This document shows positions 8,467 to 16,483 of a DNA stretch of 64,000 nt, in pieces. The translations under genes were made by a program, and so were the position numbers. Within the stretch, counting starts at the first letter, position 1; each line of letters opens with the position of its first letter. The notes under the pieces are model-generated. The model was not told the origin of the DNA, did no database searches, and was given only the letters and a program-made list of their open reading frames with translations. Source of the stretch: Acidimicrobiales bacterium (GTDB taxonomy: Bacteria > Actinomycetota > Acidimicrobiia > Acidimicrobiales > Bog-793); NCBI GenBank assembly GCA_050014835.1, contig JBEKCO010000003.1, positions 733-64,732 on the forward strand, written 5' to 3'.

Positions 8467-10026
8467 ATGCACCAACAAGCTACCGAGATGTTCGCCTCGG
8501 GCGCAGTCCGGGAGGGCATCTGCGTCGTCGACGGCTACGGCCTGAGGGTCGCCGTCGAGCGCCGCCATCTCGTGATCGCCGACGGCATCGGCCGTGCCCG
8601 CAGAGTCCGACGCTTCGCCCGAGGCGACCGGTCCCTCCGGAGGGTCGTCGTGATCGGCAACTCTGGGACCCTCAGCCTCGGTGCCCTCCGATGGCTGACC
8701 GATGTCAAGGTGCCTCTCGTGCACATCGACCTCGAGGGTCGTGTGCTGGCCGTATCCGGTGCGGAAGGCACCGACAGCCCGGCCCTGCGAAGGGCACAGG
8801 CCCTCGCCATGGCGAGGCCCGAGGGTCTCGAGGTAGCTCGTGGCCTAATCGCGAGCAAGCTCCAGGGCCAGCTCCGTGTCGCGTGCGGCCTGCTCGCAGA
8901 GGCCAAGGCCACGGCGGTCATCGAGGCAGCCATCGAGGATCTCGAGGGGGCTCGGTCGCTGAGCGAGATCCTCTCGGCAGAGGCCATCGCAGCCTCGGCC
9001 TACTGGCCAGCCTGGGCGGACGTCCCTGTTCGCTTTGCCAGGGCTGACCTAGCCTCGATCCCTTCCCGCTGGCTCACAGTCGGGCAGCGCAGGTCCCCGC
9101 TCTCGGAATCGGCTAGATCGGCGGTAGCGCCTGCGCACGCCATCTTGAACTACTGCTACGCCCTCTTGGCCGCCGAGGTGCGCATCGCCTGCCTGACGAT
9201 GGGGCTCGATCCCGGCCTTGGCATCCTCCATGCGGACAAGGCCAACCGGGACTCCCTTGTCGCCGACCTGATGGAGCCGGTGAGGCCGGAGTTCGACGCC
9301 CTCGTGCTCGAGCTGCTCGACCAGCGCACCTTCCGGGCCTCCGACTTCGCCGAGACGCGGGCGGGAGTCTGCCGGGTGCTAGCGCCGCTCACGCACGAAC
9401 TGGCCGAATCGGCCAGTCGCTGGAGCAAGACCGCAGGGGCTGTCGCTGAGCAGGTGGCAGCGGATCTCTCCAAGACGAGTGAAGGCAGGGTCCGGCGGGT
9501 GTCGACGCCGCTTACCCAGCGCAGTAGGGCGGCCGCCGTGAGGCAGTCGTACGGACACGAGGCTCCCAAGCCATCCCAATCCAGGAAGGTCGCTCCGACC
9601 TGCCGGTCGTGTGGCGCTCCGACGCCGAGGCAGGGCTACCTCTACTGCAATCGGTGCCGCCCGGAGCGGAAGGCCCAGGCCCTCGCGGCGCTCCAGGAGG
9701 CCCGGCGCATTGCTCAGGACCGACGTGACAGGGAGGGGCAGGACCCCTCGCGGAGCGAAGAGGCCCTTGCCAAGCAACGCCGATCGATGCAACGGCGTAG
9801 GCGCGAGGAGCAAGAGTGGGAAGAGGCCGGTGGCGAGGCGCAGGACCCGTCCGTCTTCATCGAGGAGATCCTCCCCCTCATCCAGCCCCTGTCGACCTTG
9901 CTGCTGTCGAGGGCGACGGGCCTGTCTCGCAGCTACTGCCTAGACGTCCGAGCCGGGAAGTACGTGCCGCACCCGAGGCACTGGGAGGCGTTCCGGCGAG
10001 CTGCCGACCCCGCGGCGGGCTGTTAG
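8467..10026 (+). CDS. cas1: Cas1-family integrase (casposase) with a zinc ribbon and C-terminal HTH
   Basis: N-terminal domain: VVVIGNSGTLSLGALRWLTDVKVPLVHIDLEGRV. Catalytic-domain signatures: SAEAIAASAYW (Glu codon 8980..8982), NYCYALLAAEV and GLDPGLGILHADKANRDSLVADLMEPVRPEFD (His 9229..9231, Asp 9265..9267, Glu 9274..9276). CxxC...CxxC lies at 9601..9657. C-terminal HTH-like segment: LSRATGLSRSYCLDVRAGKYVPHPRHW. The ATG at 8467 is preceded by AAAGGAG at 9-nt spacing; the track start at 8410 (GTG) is less likely. Confidence 0.9.
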   Translation: MHQQATEMFASGAVREGICVVDGYGLRVAVERRHLVIADGIGRARRVRRFARGDRSLRRVVVIGNSGTLSLGALRWLTDVKVPLVHIDLEGRVLAVSGAEGTDSPALRRAQALAMARPEGLEVARGLIASKLQGQLRVACGLLAEAKATAVIEAAIEDLEGARSLSEILSAEAIAASAYWPAWADVPVRFARADLASIPSRWLTVGQRRSPLSESARSAVAPAHAILNYCYALLAAEVRIACLTMGLDPGLGILHADKANRDSLVADLMEPVRPEFDALVLELLDQRTFRASDFAETRAGVCRVLAPLTHELAESASRWSKTAGAVAEQVAADLSKTSEGRVRRVSTPLTQRSRAAAVRQSYGHEAPKPSQSRKVAPTCRSCGAPTPRQGYLYCNRCRPERKAQALAALQEARRIAQDRRDREGQDPSRSEEALAKQRRSMQRRRREEQEWEEAGGEAQDPSVFIEEILPLIQPLSTLLLSRATGLSRSYCLDVRAGKYVPHPRHWEAFRRAADPAAGC

Positions 10027-10204
10027 GAGCTTGAGCCGTCGAGCGGCCCTCCGCGATCAGGGTTCGAGTCCCCCAGCGTCCGGTTCCGTCGGTCGCCCGA
10101 GGGATTGGGGTTCTGGCGGCGCAGTGCGGAGACTCCCGAGGCGTGCCGGGAGGCGGTCCGGGCGGACCCTCCGGTGGAGGGAGCCCACGACCGACCCCCG
10201 GCTC

Positions 10205-10753
10205 TCATGGGTGATTATCCCGAGGTCGCGGTCGCCTGAGTCCTTGGCGGTTCGGGACATTGACGTCGCTCGGTGACTCGGCTTGTGGACGGGCGACTGG
10301 CGGGGTTTTTCCAGGTTGATGCCGTTTTGCGTCTCGGATCGCTCCGGCGACGGTTGCATAGTCGTCTTCGTCGATCGGCACGAGCGTTCGGTGCATCACG
10401 CCGGGCCATTCTCGTTCGCTCCGAATCAACTTGAGCTGTGGGATTAACACTCGAAACGGTACGCCGTGGCGGAGCGGGAGCATGTCCTGGATCGTGATCG
10501 CGCAACTCTTCGCAAATGTCTCTCCTGCGACATCCTGTGTAATGGCCCTTACTGGAGAAGCGATCGTTCCCAGAGCGAGTAGCTGTGACTCATCCAGCGT
10601 CGGGTTGCCGTACGCGCCTCGCGAGGTATAGATCGCGAATCGGTCGCCCTTGTTCAGTTCCTCTGCCTTAACGTGCGCCCGAAAGGCCATGCATTTTTTG
10701 TCCAGTATCCACTTCAGCGCATCAGACTTTCCGATGACGATTAACCAGGGCAT
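10205..10753 (-). CDS. EVE/PUA-like (ASCH-superfamily) domain protein
   Basis: MPWLIVIG...KGDRFAIYTS...LALGTIASPV...VPFRVLIPQLKLI...RTLVPIDEDDYATV follows the EVE-domain pattern (N-terminal W, GD..h.Y.S, conserved beta strands). The tail is disordered and Pro/Arg-rich. Confidence 0.5.
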   Translation of the reverse strand: MPWLIVIGKSDALKWILDKKCMAFRAHVKAEELNKGDRFAIYTSRGAYGNPTLDESQLLALGTIASPVRAITQDVAGETFAKSCAITIQDMLPLRHGVPFRVLIPQLKLIRSEREWPGVMHRTLVPIDEDDYATVAGAIRDAKRHQPGKTPPVARPQAESPSDVNVPNRQGLRRPRPRDNHP

Positions 10754-10820
10754 CGTTCATCTCCGGTCGCGGCTTCGAAAGACTCCAGCGCGAGCAGGAC
10801 ACATCGTCCTGACGGCGGCC

Positions 10821-11708
10821 TCATTCAAGCAACTCCTGTACTTCGGTTGCGGATAAGTCAAGTAGGCCAAGTTGCGCCGCCTTCGCACCTTTGCGGCCCA
10901 ATGCCCAAGGCTTAGGATACATGCCTGTTACGGAGTAATCGGCCCCGTTGTCGCGGAGGAATCTCTGGAGAGGTTGGTACGGAATTCGTTTCAACTTCCC
11001 GAAATTCGTGTCCTCATTGAAGTCGTAACCCTCAGATTCCTTGCGACCGTAGTGCTCGGTGTCGACAGGCAACCCGTTGGATTTCTTGGCCTTGCCGATC
11101 CGGCTCAAGATCGCGGGTGTCTCGAAATCCCCAAACCAGTAGCCGCCAGACACGCGGAGCCGATGGTCACGAGCGCGAATGCATTCGATCATCGAGAAGA
11201 CCGCCAGGTTCGTTATGGTCGGGCAATACAGCTCAGCGTCGTGTCTGTGAGGTTGGAGCTGATACGCGAGGAGCAACATCACGTCGCGGCTGGGGTCAAC
11301 GTTCTTCACTGTGACCTTCTGGGTAAGGCGTGCCGAGGGCTCCCGTCTCGTTTCCGTTACCTTCATCACCGCCTCAGCGGGATCGACGTAGAGCAGTTTC
11401 AACTCCAGCCGCTTCCCCGAAGGTTCGTGGAGGTAGTCCGGATACCCCTCTCTGTCCTTCAGAATGCCCTCGTGCTTGACGAGTCCGAGTGCTCGGAAGA
11501 GTTCCCCTTGGCCTTGAACGATCTTGTCGAGCTGGGGAATGCAGGCATCCATCAACACACCCACAATCGTCCCGATCTGAGACGGTTCGAATCCGATAAG
11601 GATCTCTCGTGGGAGCTTCAGGACCTCGAACTGGACTTCGATAAGGCCCGAAAGCGCGGCGTGCAGGTCGTCGAGCTCCGATTGGGTGATCTCGGGAGCG
11701 ACCGTCAC
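10821..11708 (-). CDS. Putative Type II restriction endonuclease (PD-(D/E)xK)
   Basis: YPDYLHEPSGKRLELKLLY provides a PD...ExK motif. The GTG start at 11708 overlaps the stop of the upstream controller gene (GTGA). The gene is divergent from the M/S genes. The track's 5' extension to 11846 overlaps the C gene and was rejected. Confidence 0.55.
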   Translation of the reverse strand: MTVAPEITQSELDDLHAALSGLIEVQFEVLKLPREILIGFEPSQIGTIVGVLMDACIPQLDKIVQGQGELFRALGLVKHEGILKDREGYPDYLHEPSGKRLELKLLYVDPAEAVMKVTETRREPSARLTQKVTVKNVDPSRDVMLLLAYQLQPHRHDAELYCPTITNLAVFSMIECIRARDHRLRVSGGYWFGDFETPAILSRIGKAKKSNGLPVDTEHYGRKESEGYDFNEDTNFGKLKRIPYQPLQRFLRDNGADYSVTGMYPKPWALGRKGAKAAQLGLLDLSATEVQELLE

Positions 11709-12037
11709 CGCTGACCCCTCCCTCTTGGAGTTGTGCGGTCGTGGGTAACCAGTACCCGGAGCGACGGGGGAAGGACGGAAGGGAGATCCACGCCCAGCGC
11801 CGAGCAGAGATCTAAGGCCTCGATCAGGTCGATCCGCCGCTCGCATGTTTCAATCTTCGACACGTACGCCTGTGTGCGGCTCAGTCGGGATGCAAGTTCC
11901 GCCTGGGTGAGCCCTGCTTGTCGGCGAGCGGCGCGGAGTCGCGCAATCACCTCCGCGTATCGAGGGTCGTGGATCGACGTGGGCTGGTCTCGATTCCCCA
12001 GTTTGGAGTTCGTCGATATCTTTGTCACCGGCCACAT
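11705..12037 (-). CDS. XRE-family HTH controller (C) protein of the R-M system
   Basis: RQAGLTQAELASRLSRTQAYVSKIETCERRIDLIEALDLCSALG is a canonical XRE/Cro HTH. It lies directly upstream of the nuclease gene and is translationally coupled to it. Start taken at the ATG at 12037. Confidence 0.65.
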   Translation of the reverse strand: MWPVTKISTNSKLGNRDQPTSIHDPRYAEVIARLRAARRQAGLTQAELASRLSRTQAYVSKIETCERRIDLIEALDLCSALGVDLPSVLPPSLRVLVTHDRTTPRGRGQR

Positions 12038-12091
12038 CCGAGCCGACTGGGCGGCTAACTCCAAATTCGATTATTTCACGGCCCATGACGG

Positions 12092-13468
12092 ATGACGCTC
12101 CGCAGAGCCACACTGAGCTACAATGCCCGGGAGTCGGGAGAACAACGGGAGAACATCTTGGCCAAGCGTCACCATCTTGTGCGGGGCAGCTGGGAGTCGA
12201 TCTTGGGGCGGCTCGAGGAGCTCGTGCTGGCGAACTCCGGAGAGGACGAGTTCCAAGAGATCTTCAAGCTGCTCCTCGCGAAAGTTTACGCCGAGAGCCA
12301 CCATCAGTCGGAGGGTCTGTTCGCAACCGCGAAGACACCCGAGCAGACCGCTCGAAACATCGATGACTTGTTAGGTCTTGCTGCCCGGCAATGGAAGGGT
12401 GTCCTCGAGGACGCCCCAACGATGCGGCTACGACCAGATCACATTGCGGTTTGCGTCGAAGCAATTGAACATGTCGGACTTCTCGACTCGAACCTCGAAG
12501 TCTTGGATGCGCTATTCGAGGATTTGATGAGTAAGTCATCGAAGGGAGCAAAGGGCCAGTACTTTACGCCTCGCTACGTCGTCGACTGCTGCGTAAAGCT
12601 CGTAGACCCAAAGCCCTCCGAGACTGTGATGGACCCCGCTTGCGGCTCCGCCGGCTTCCTGATTCACACGCTCACTTATGTCAAAGAGCAGAATCCGAGT
12701 CTCGATTTGAAGGAGTATGCACGATCGCGAGTCTGGGGTGCGGACTTCGACCCGCGGGCGATTCAAGTAGCTCGGGCACTTATGCTCGTAGTTGGTGACG
12801 GCCACAGCAACTTGCTGCGGATCAACAGTCTCCTGACGCCGACCGCGGCGCCTGATCTGTTCGATAGCACCCCGACGGCCATGAACGAGCCGACTCTCGA
12901 GGACCTGTTGCGGACTCGATGGAGTTCGTTCAGCGGGTTCGACGTAATCATGACTAATCCGCCGTTTGCCGGCGAAGTCCGGGAACCGGAACTTCTCGGA
13001 CGTTACCAATTGGCTCGTAAGTCTGGGCGTACGGAGCGCGACATTCTCTTTCTCGAGCGCTGCTTGTCTCTGCTGCGACCTGGGGGACGGTTAGCAATCG
13101 TTCTTCCTCACAACAAGTTCGCATCCTCGGTTTGGGCTTATGCGCGTCAGTGGCTGATTCAGCGCGCACAGATCGTCGCGGTGTTAGGTTTAGGTCGCTA
13201 CACGTTTCTTCCTCATACAAGCCAGAAGGCAGCAATCCTTTTCCTTCGCAAGCGAGATCACATCGAGCGATCCCCCGATAAAGAGCCGATTCTCTTCCTT
13301 TTGAGCGAACGAGACGGCAAGAATTCGAAAGGCGAAATCATTCCGCGGGGAGGAGTCGCGTTCGACGCTCCCGCCTGGGTGAGAGCGGATCACGACTTGA
13401 GTGAGGTCGTGCCTGTCTTCTCGGAATTCATAGAAGCCAACGGCATCGAGTGGGCAACCCATGGCTAG
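12092..13468 (+). CDS. N6-adenine DNA methyltransferase, HsdM-like (N6_Mtase family)
   Basis: Motifs seen: GQYFTPR, motif I DPACGSAGFL and motif IV NPPF (12956..12967). Confidence 0.85.
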   Translation: MTLRRATLSYNARESGEQRENILAKRHHLVRGSWESILGRLEELVLANSGEDEFQEIFKLLLAKVYAESHHQSEGLFATAKTPEQTARNIDDLLGLAARQWKGVLEDAPTMRLRPDHIAVCVEAIEHVGLLDSNLEVLDALFEDLMSKSSKGAKGQYFTPRYVVDCCVKLVDPKPSETVMDPACGSAGFLIHTLTYVKEQNPSLDLKEYARSRVWGADFDPRAIQVARALMLVVGDGHSNLLRINSLLTPTAAPDLFDSTPTAMNEPTLEDLLRTRWSSFSGFDVIMTNPPFAGEVREPELLGRYQLARKSGRTERDILFLERCLSLLRPGGRLAIVLPHNKFASSVWAYARQWLIQRAQIVAVLGLGRYTFLPHTSQKAAILFLRKRDHIERSPDKEPILFLLSERDGKNSKGEIIPRGGVAFDAPAWVRADHDLSEVVPVFSEFIEANGIEWATHG

Positions 13469-14132
13469 AAGCGCTGTGGTCCGGGTTGCCGACCTGGACT
13501 TTGGCACCGTGCTTGCGCCCGAGCGGTATGACCCCCGGCGACAAGTCGTGAGCGAAGGTATCCCACTGACCGATGTGTGCATGATTGTTCGGGAGAGCGT
13601 CAGCAGCAGCGGCAGGGCCGGGCAGGCTGATCGCCTCTACTACGTGCTCGATACATCCGCGGCTCGGGAGGGGTTTCTCGTCATTGATCGCCCACCAGTG
13701 CCTCGGGCGGACATAGGCAGCCTCAAGAAGCGGGCTCAGGCGCGGGACGTCCTGATTTCGCGCCTTCGCCCTTACCTTCGACAGGTCGCCTACGTGGATG
13801 ATGAGGCGGTGAACTGGGAAGAGGCCGAGCTCGCGTGCAGCACGGAGTTCTACGTTCTTCGTCCACTCGACGGCCGTAGCATCGCTTTCCTAATTCCGTT
13901 CCTTTTGAGCCCGGGGGTTCAGGCTCTCCTCGCGGCATCTCAGGAAGGTGGGCATCACCCGCGCGTCAACGAAGCAACGCTTCGGAGTCTCAGAATCCCA
14001 CGGGACGTGATCGCGACGCGGGCGGAAGCCTCTACCAACTTGGAGCAAGCTGCTGGTGACATGCGCCGTGCTACGCAAGTCGTCGCCAGATTGGTGGCGA
14101 AAGCATCGGAGAGCTGGGTTAACCCTACCTAA
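13461..14132 (+). CDS. Half-size specificity (S) subunit with a single target-recognition domain
   Basis: Overlaps the M gene stop by 8 nt. RDVLISRLRPYLRQV, STEFYVLRP and HHPRVNEATLRSLRIP resemble the Methylase_S (HsdS) TRD plus conserved helix. At 223 aa it is about half of a Type I HsdS. Confidence 0.7.
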   Translation: MARSAVVRVADLDFGTVLAPERYDPRRQVVSEGIPLTDVCMIVRESVSSSGRAGQADRLYYVLDTSAAREGFLVIDRPPVPRADIGSLKKRAQARDVLISRLRPYLRQVAYVDDEAVNWEEAELACSTEFYVLRPLDGRSIAFLIPFLLSPGVQALLAASQEGGHHPRVNEATLRSLRIPRDVIATRAEASTNLEQAAGDMRRATQVVARLVAKASESWVNPT

Positions 14133-14363
14133 GCCCAGACTGCCGCGGGTGCGTGCCCCCGTAATTCAGCACCTGCAAACTGGGGTGTGCCCTAAGTTTC
14201 GTTGATAGTGTCAACCAAACCCGGACCGGACTTGGGCGGCGTGAGCCCAGAATCGACCGTCCGCCGAGCCCCGTCACATCCCTATCTTGACCTGTGAATG
14301 GCCCTCATCGTGTCGACGAGGGCCGAAGGGGCGCTGGGAAGGCGGCTGACGCCCCGGAGGCGG

Positions 14364-14384
14364 CCGACGCCCCGCAGGCGTCGG
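14364..14384. terminator. GC-rich hairpin between convergent cargo modules (possible bidirectional terminator)
   Basis: CCGACGCC-ccgca-GGCGTCGG gives a perfect 8-bp stem. There is no clear U-tract. A second hairpin, GGCCCTC...GAGGGCC, lies at 14300..14324. Confidence 0.25.
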
Positions 14385-14487
14385 AAGGTTCGCAGTGCTG
14401 GGTCGGGGTGGTGATTCTCGCCGTTGTGCTGACGGCAAGCCCGCGAGACGGCTGCCCTATTCAAACGGCAACTTCTCCATCTCGCGG

Positions 14488-15120
14488 CTACAAGGTGCGA
14501 AGAAACTCAATAAGCGGTCGGAATGCGATATGACTCCAGTCGAATACGTGGTTGTCGGCGGCTTCCCCGATCAATCTCTTGCCCTTCGACGCGACCAGAG
14601 CTTGCATCTTCAATTTCGACTCGTGTGCTGCATTCATAGATACCATTCCGGTTATACAGCTAGCGAACGGCTCAACACATCCCATGTGAGGATCGCCGGC
14701 CATGCAGTCGAGGAAGATATCTTCAAAAACGCCATTTCCTGAGTTGTCGGGAGAGATGAAGACAGTCACGTCGGGTGTTCCCCGTGCTCGGCTCAATGGG
14801 GCAGCTGGAACGGATAGGCCTGCAACCTCAAGAGCACCAGTGACATTGGACCACGAAACGGCGAAGCTTTGTTCCGCGTCGCACAGAATGCCAACGGATT
14901 GGACCTCAGAGAAACCACTCGCCTTTCTGGCTACACTCAGCTTCTCACCGAGATTGGTCCTTCCGTGCAGGTCCCGCAGTCCAAGTCCCGAAATCGATTG
15001 GTCTTGCATCAACGCTGCAATCGCTCGAAACTCATCGTCGCCCTCTACAAAGAGCACCTTGCGTTGCGCAGATGCATCACCCCATTTAAGGGTCGACACC
15101 CTATCGGACCTCAAATCCAA
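14488..15120 (-). CDS. TOPRIM-like small protein (DUF4435/DUF3226/RloB-like superfamily)
   Basis: KVLFVEGDDEFRAIAALM is an EG.D motif typical of TOPRIM-like DUF4435/DUF3226 proteins, followed later by FISPDNSGNG. It lies immediately downstream of the ATPase gene. The start is ambiguous: TTG at 15120 overlaps the ATPase gene by 20 nt, while GTG at 15099 sits just after the ATPase stop. Confidence 0.5.
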   Translation of the reverse strand: MDLRSDRVSTLKWGDASAQRKVLFVEGDDEFRAIAALMQDQSISGLGLRDLHGRTNLGEKLSVARKASGFSEVQSVGILCDAEQSFAVSWSNVTGALEVAGLSVPAAPLSRARGTPDVTVFISPDNSGNGVFEDIFLDCMAGDPHMGCVEPFASCITGMVSMNAAHESKLKMQALVASKGKRLIGEAADNHVFDWSHIAFRPLIEFLRTL

Positions 15121-16264
15121 GTTCGAGAGCTTCCCCTAGTTCCTCGGCAGTAAACCCAATGGCCTTAACTGCCTCGCCATCGCGCTCAACACGAAAGACC
15201 CGGAAGTCCTCACCGCTCGGCAACAATCCAGGATCTCGACTGAAATATCGTTGCGCAGCAGCTATACACTCAAGTGAGTGCGTTGTCGCAACCAATTGGA
15301 CTCGGGACTGTCTCGTCGCCTGGTCAAGCGACGCCCAAATGGATTCGAGCACCGAGTAATGAAATCCGTTTTCAATCTCGTCAATTAGCAACAGGCCGTC
15401 GCGTGCCGAAGCGGCGTCAACAAGCAGGGAAGTGAGCTTCTCGGTCCCTTCACCCATAAGCTTCAGCGGCATCTGATGGCCGATGCCGATGTCGCCGTAG
15501 AGCTGAGCACCGATGGGAGTCGCGACAGTCGTGATGTCCTTCAGACGGGGCTCCATCATCTTAAGGCTCTCGACCAATTCTGGAACTTGCTTTTGAACCA
15601 CGAGTTGTCCAAACAGTTGTGCCAATTCGTTAGGGTTCCCATCCGCTCGACTGGGCCGATAGATAGCGGGCATGGTGGCTTGAGGAAGAGCGCCTGACAC
15701 GCGTAGTTGGCCGCTCTGTTCGAAGATTATGTAACCCGTAGTTTGTGGAATCATAAATCCGGACGAAGTTTGCTTCCCTGGGACTTGTAACTCCAAAACA
15801 TGTGGCTGCGCCCCAAAGGCCCATACCTCCGAATCAACAATTGGTTGCCCCGGGAATAGCACAGGAGCAACTTTCTCTTGGATCTCCTGGGCGTCGATGA
15901 GGTTCCTGAGGCGCAAGGTTGACGTTTCCGAATTGTTTGTGGTGATAGCAATTTCGATTGGCTGAGAGACCTCGTATCTGTGAAACCATGCTGCCCAAGG
16001 CGCCTCAACACCGCGCATAAACGGTTGGAAGCCCCAGTTTGGTGAATTTCTGACAGGGGCATTCAGGACCAGCATGAAATTGTTGAACGGCATGTTCTTG
16101 AGCTGCAGAGCTTCAAGGACCGCGGTCTTTCCAACATTGTTTAATCCTGCAATGAGGTTGATTCGGGCCAGAGGCTCAAGGATCAGGTCTTTGAATCCTC
16201 GGAAGTGCGAAATGTTCGCGCGGCGAATGAACCGACCGTCAGTCCCTGACGATTCGAAGGTCAT
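15101..16264 (-). CDS. ABC-type (AAA_21-like) ATPase
   Basis: Walker A is GLNNVGKTAVLEAL and Walker B is LLLIDEIENGFH, followed by VATTHS (H-loop). It is about 390 aa with a long insertion between the two motifs, as in OLD/AriA/RloA-type ATPases. Confidence 0.8.
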   Translation of the reverse strand: MTFESSGTDGRFIRRANISHFRGFKDLILEPLARINLIAGLNNVGKTAVLEALQLKNMPFNNFMLVLNAPVRNSPNWGFQPFMRGVEAPWAAWFHRYEVSQPIEIAITTNNSETSTLRLRNLIDAQEIQEKVAPVLFPGQPIVDSEVWAFGAQPHVLELQVPGKQTSSGFMIPQTTGYIIFEQSGQLRVSGALPQATMPAIYRPSRADGNPNELAQLFGQLVVQKQVPELVESLKMMEPRLKDITTVATPIGAQLYGDIGIGHQMPLKLMGEGTEKLTSLLVDAASARDGLLLIDEIENGFHYSVLESIWASLDQATRQSRVQLVATTHSLECIAAAQRYFSRDPGLLPSGEDFRVFRVERDGEAVKAIGFTAEELGEALELGFEVR

Positions 16265-16483
16265 TGCAAACTCAGTCTCCTACGGAAACAAGGCTTGAAT
16301 TGGCCGAAGTTAGCACCCCCGCGCGTGACCTGCTTGGGCTGCCTGAGCTTTGCGACGAGCCTTCACCATCGCGCACACCGACCGCCGACCTTGCGTGTGC
16401 CTGATCGTCGGCACTGTGCGCTACTCCGACCTATCCGGCCAGCATCCCCGACGACAAGACCGTTGAGTGCCATCCTGGATCAG

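Noticed and set aside
8410-10026. Whether Cas1 belongs to a CRISPR-Cas locus.
   Set aside because: I scanned the window by eye for regularly spaced 25-40-bp direct repeats and found none. There are no cas2 or effector genes. The TIR/TSD/PolB context indicates a casposase instead. An array outside the window cannot be excluded, but it is unnecessary to explain the gene.
10055-10085. tRNA-like T-loop sequence GGTTCGAGTCCC just after cas1, considered as a possible tRNA-fragment att scar marking an older element boundary.
   Set aside because: The flanking bases form only a 3-bp T-stem. No matching acceptor or anticodon arms are found upstream, and no TIR-like sequence is nearby.
12038-12091. C-box operator palindromes expected upstream of the controller gene.
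   Set aside because: I could not find a convincing inverted repeat in the 54-bp divergent intergenic region by eye, so no regulatory site is annotated.
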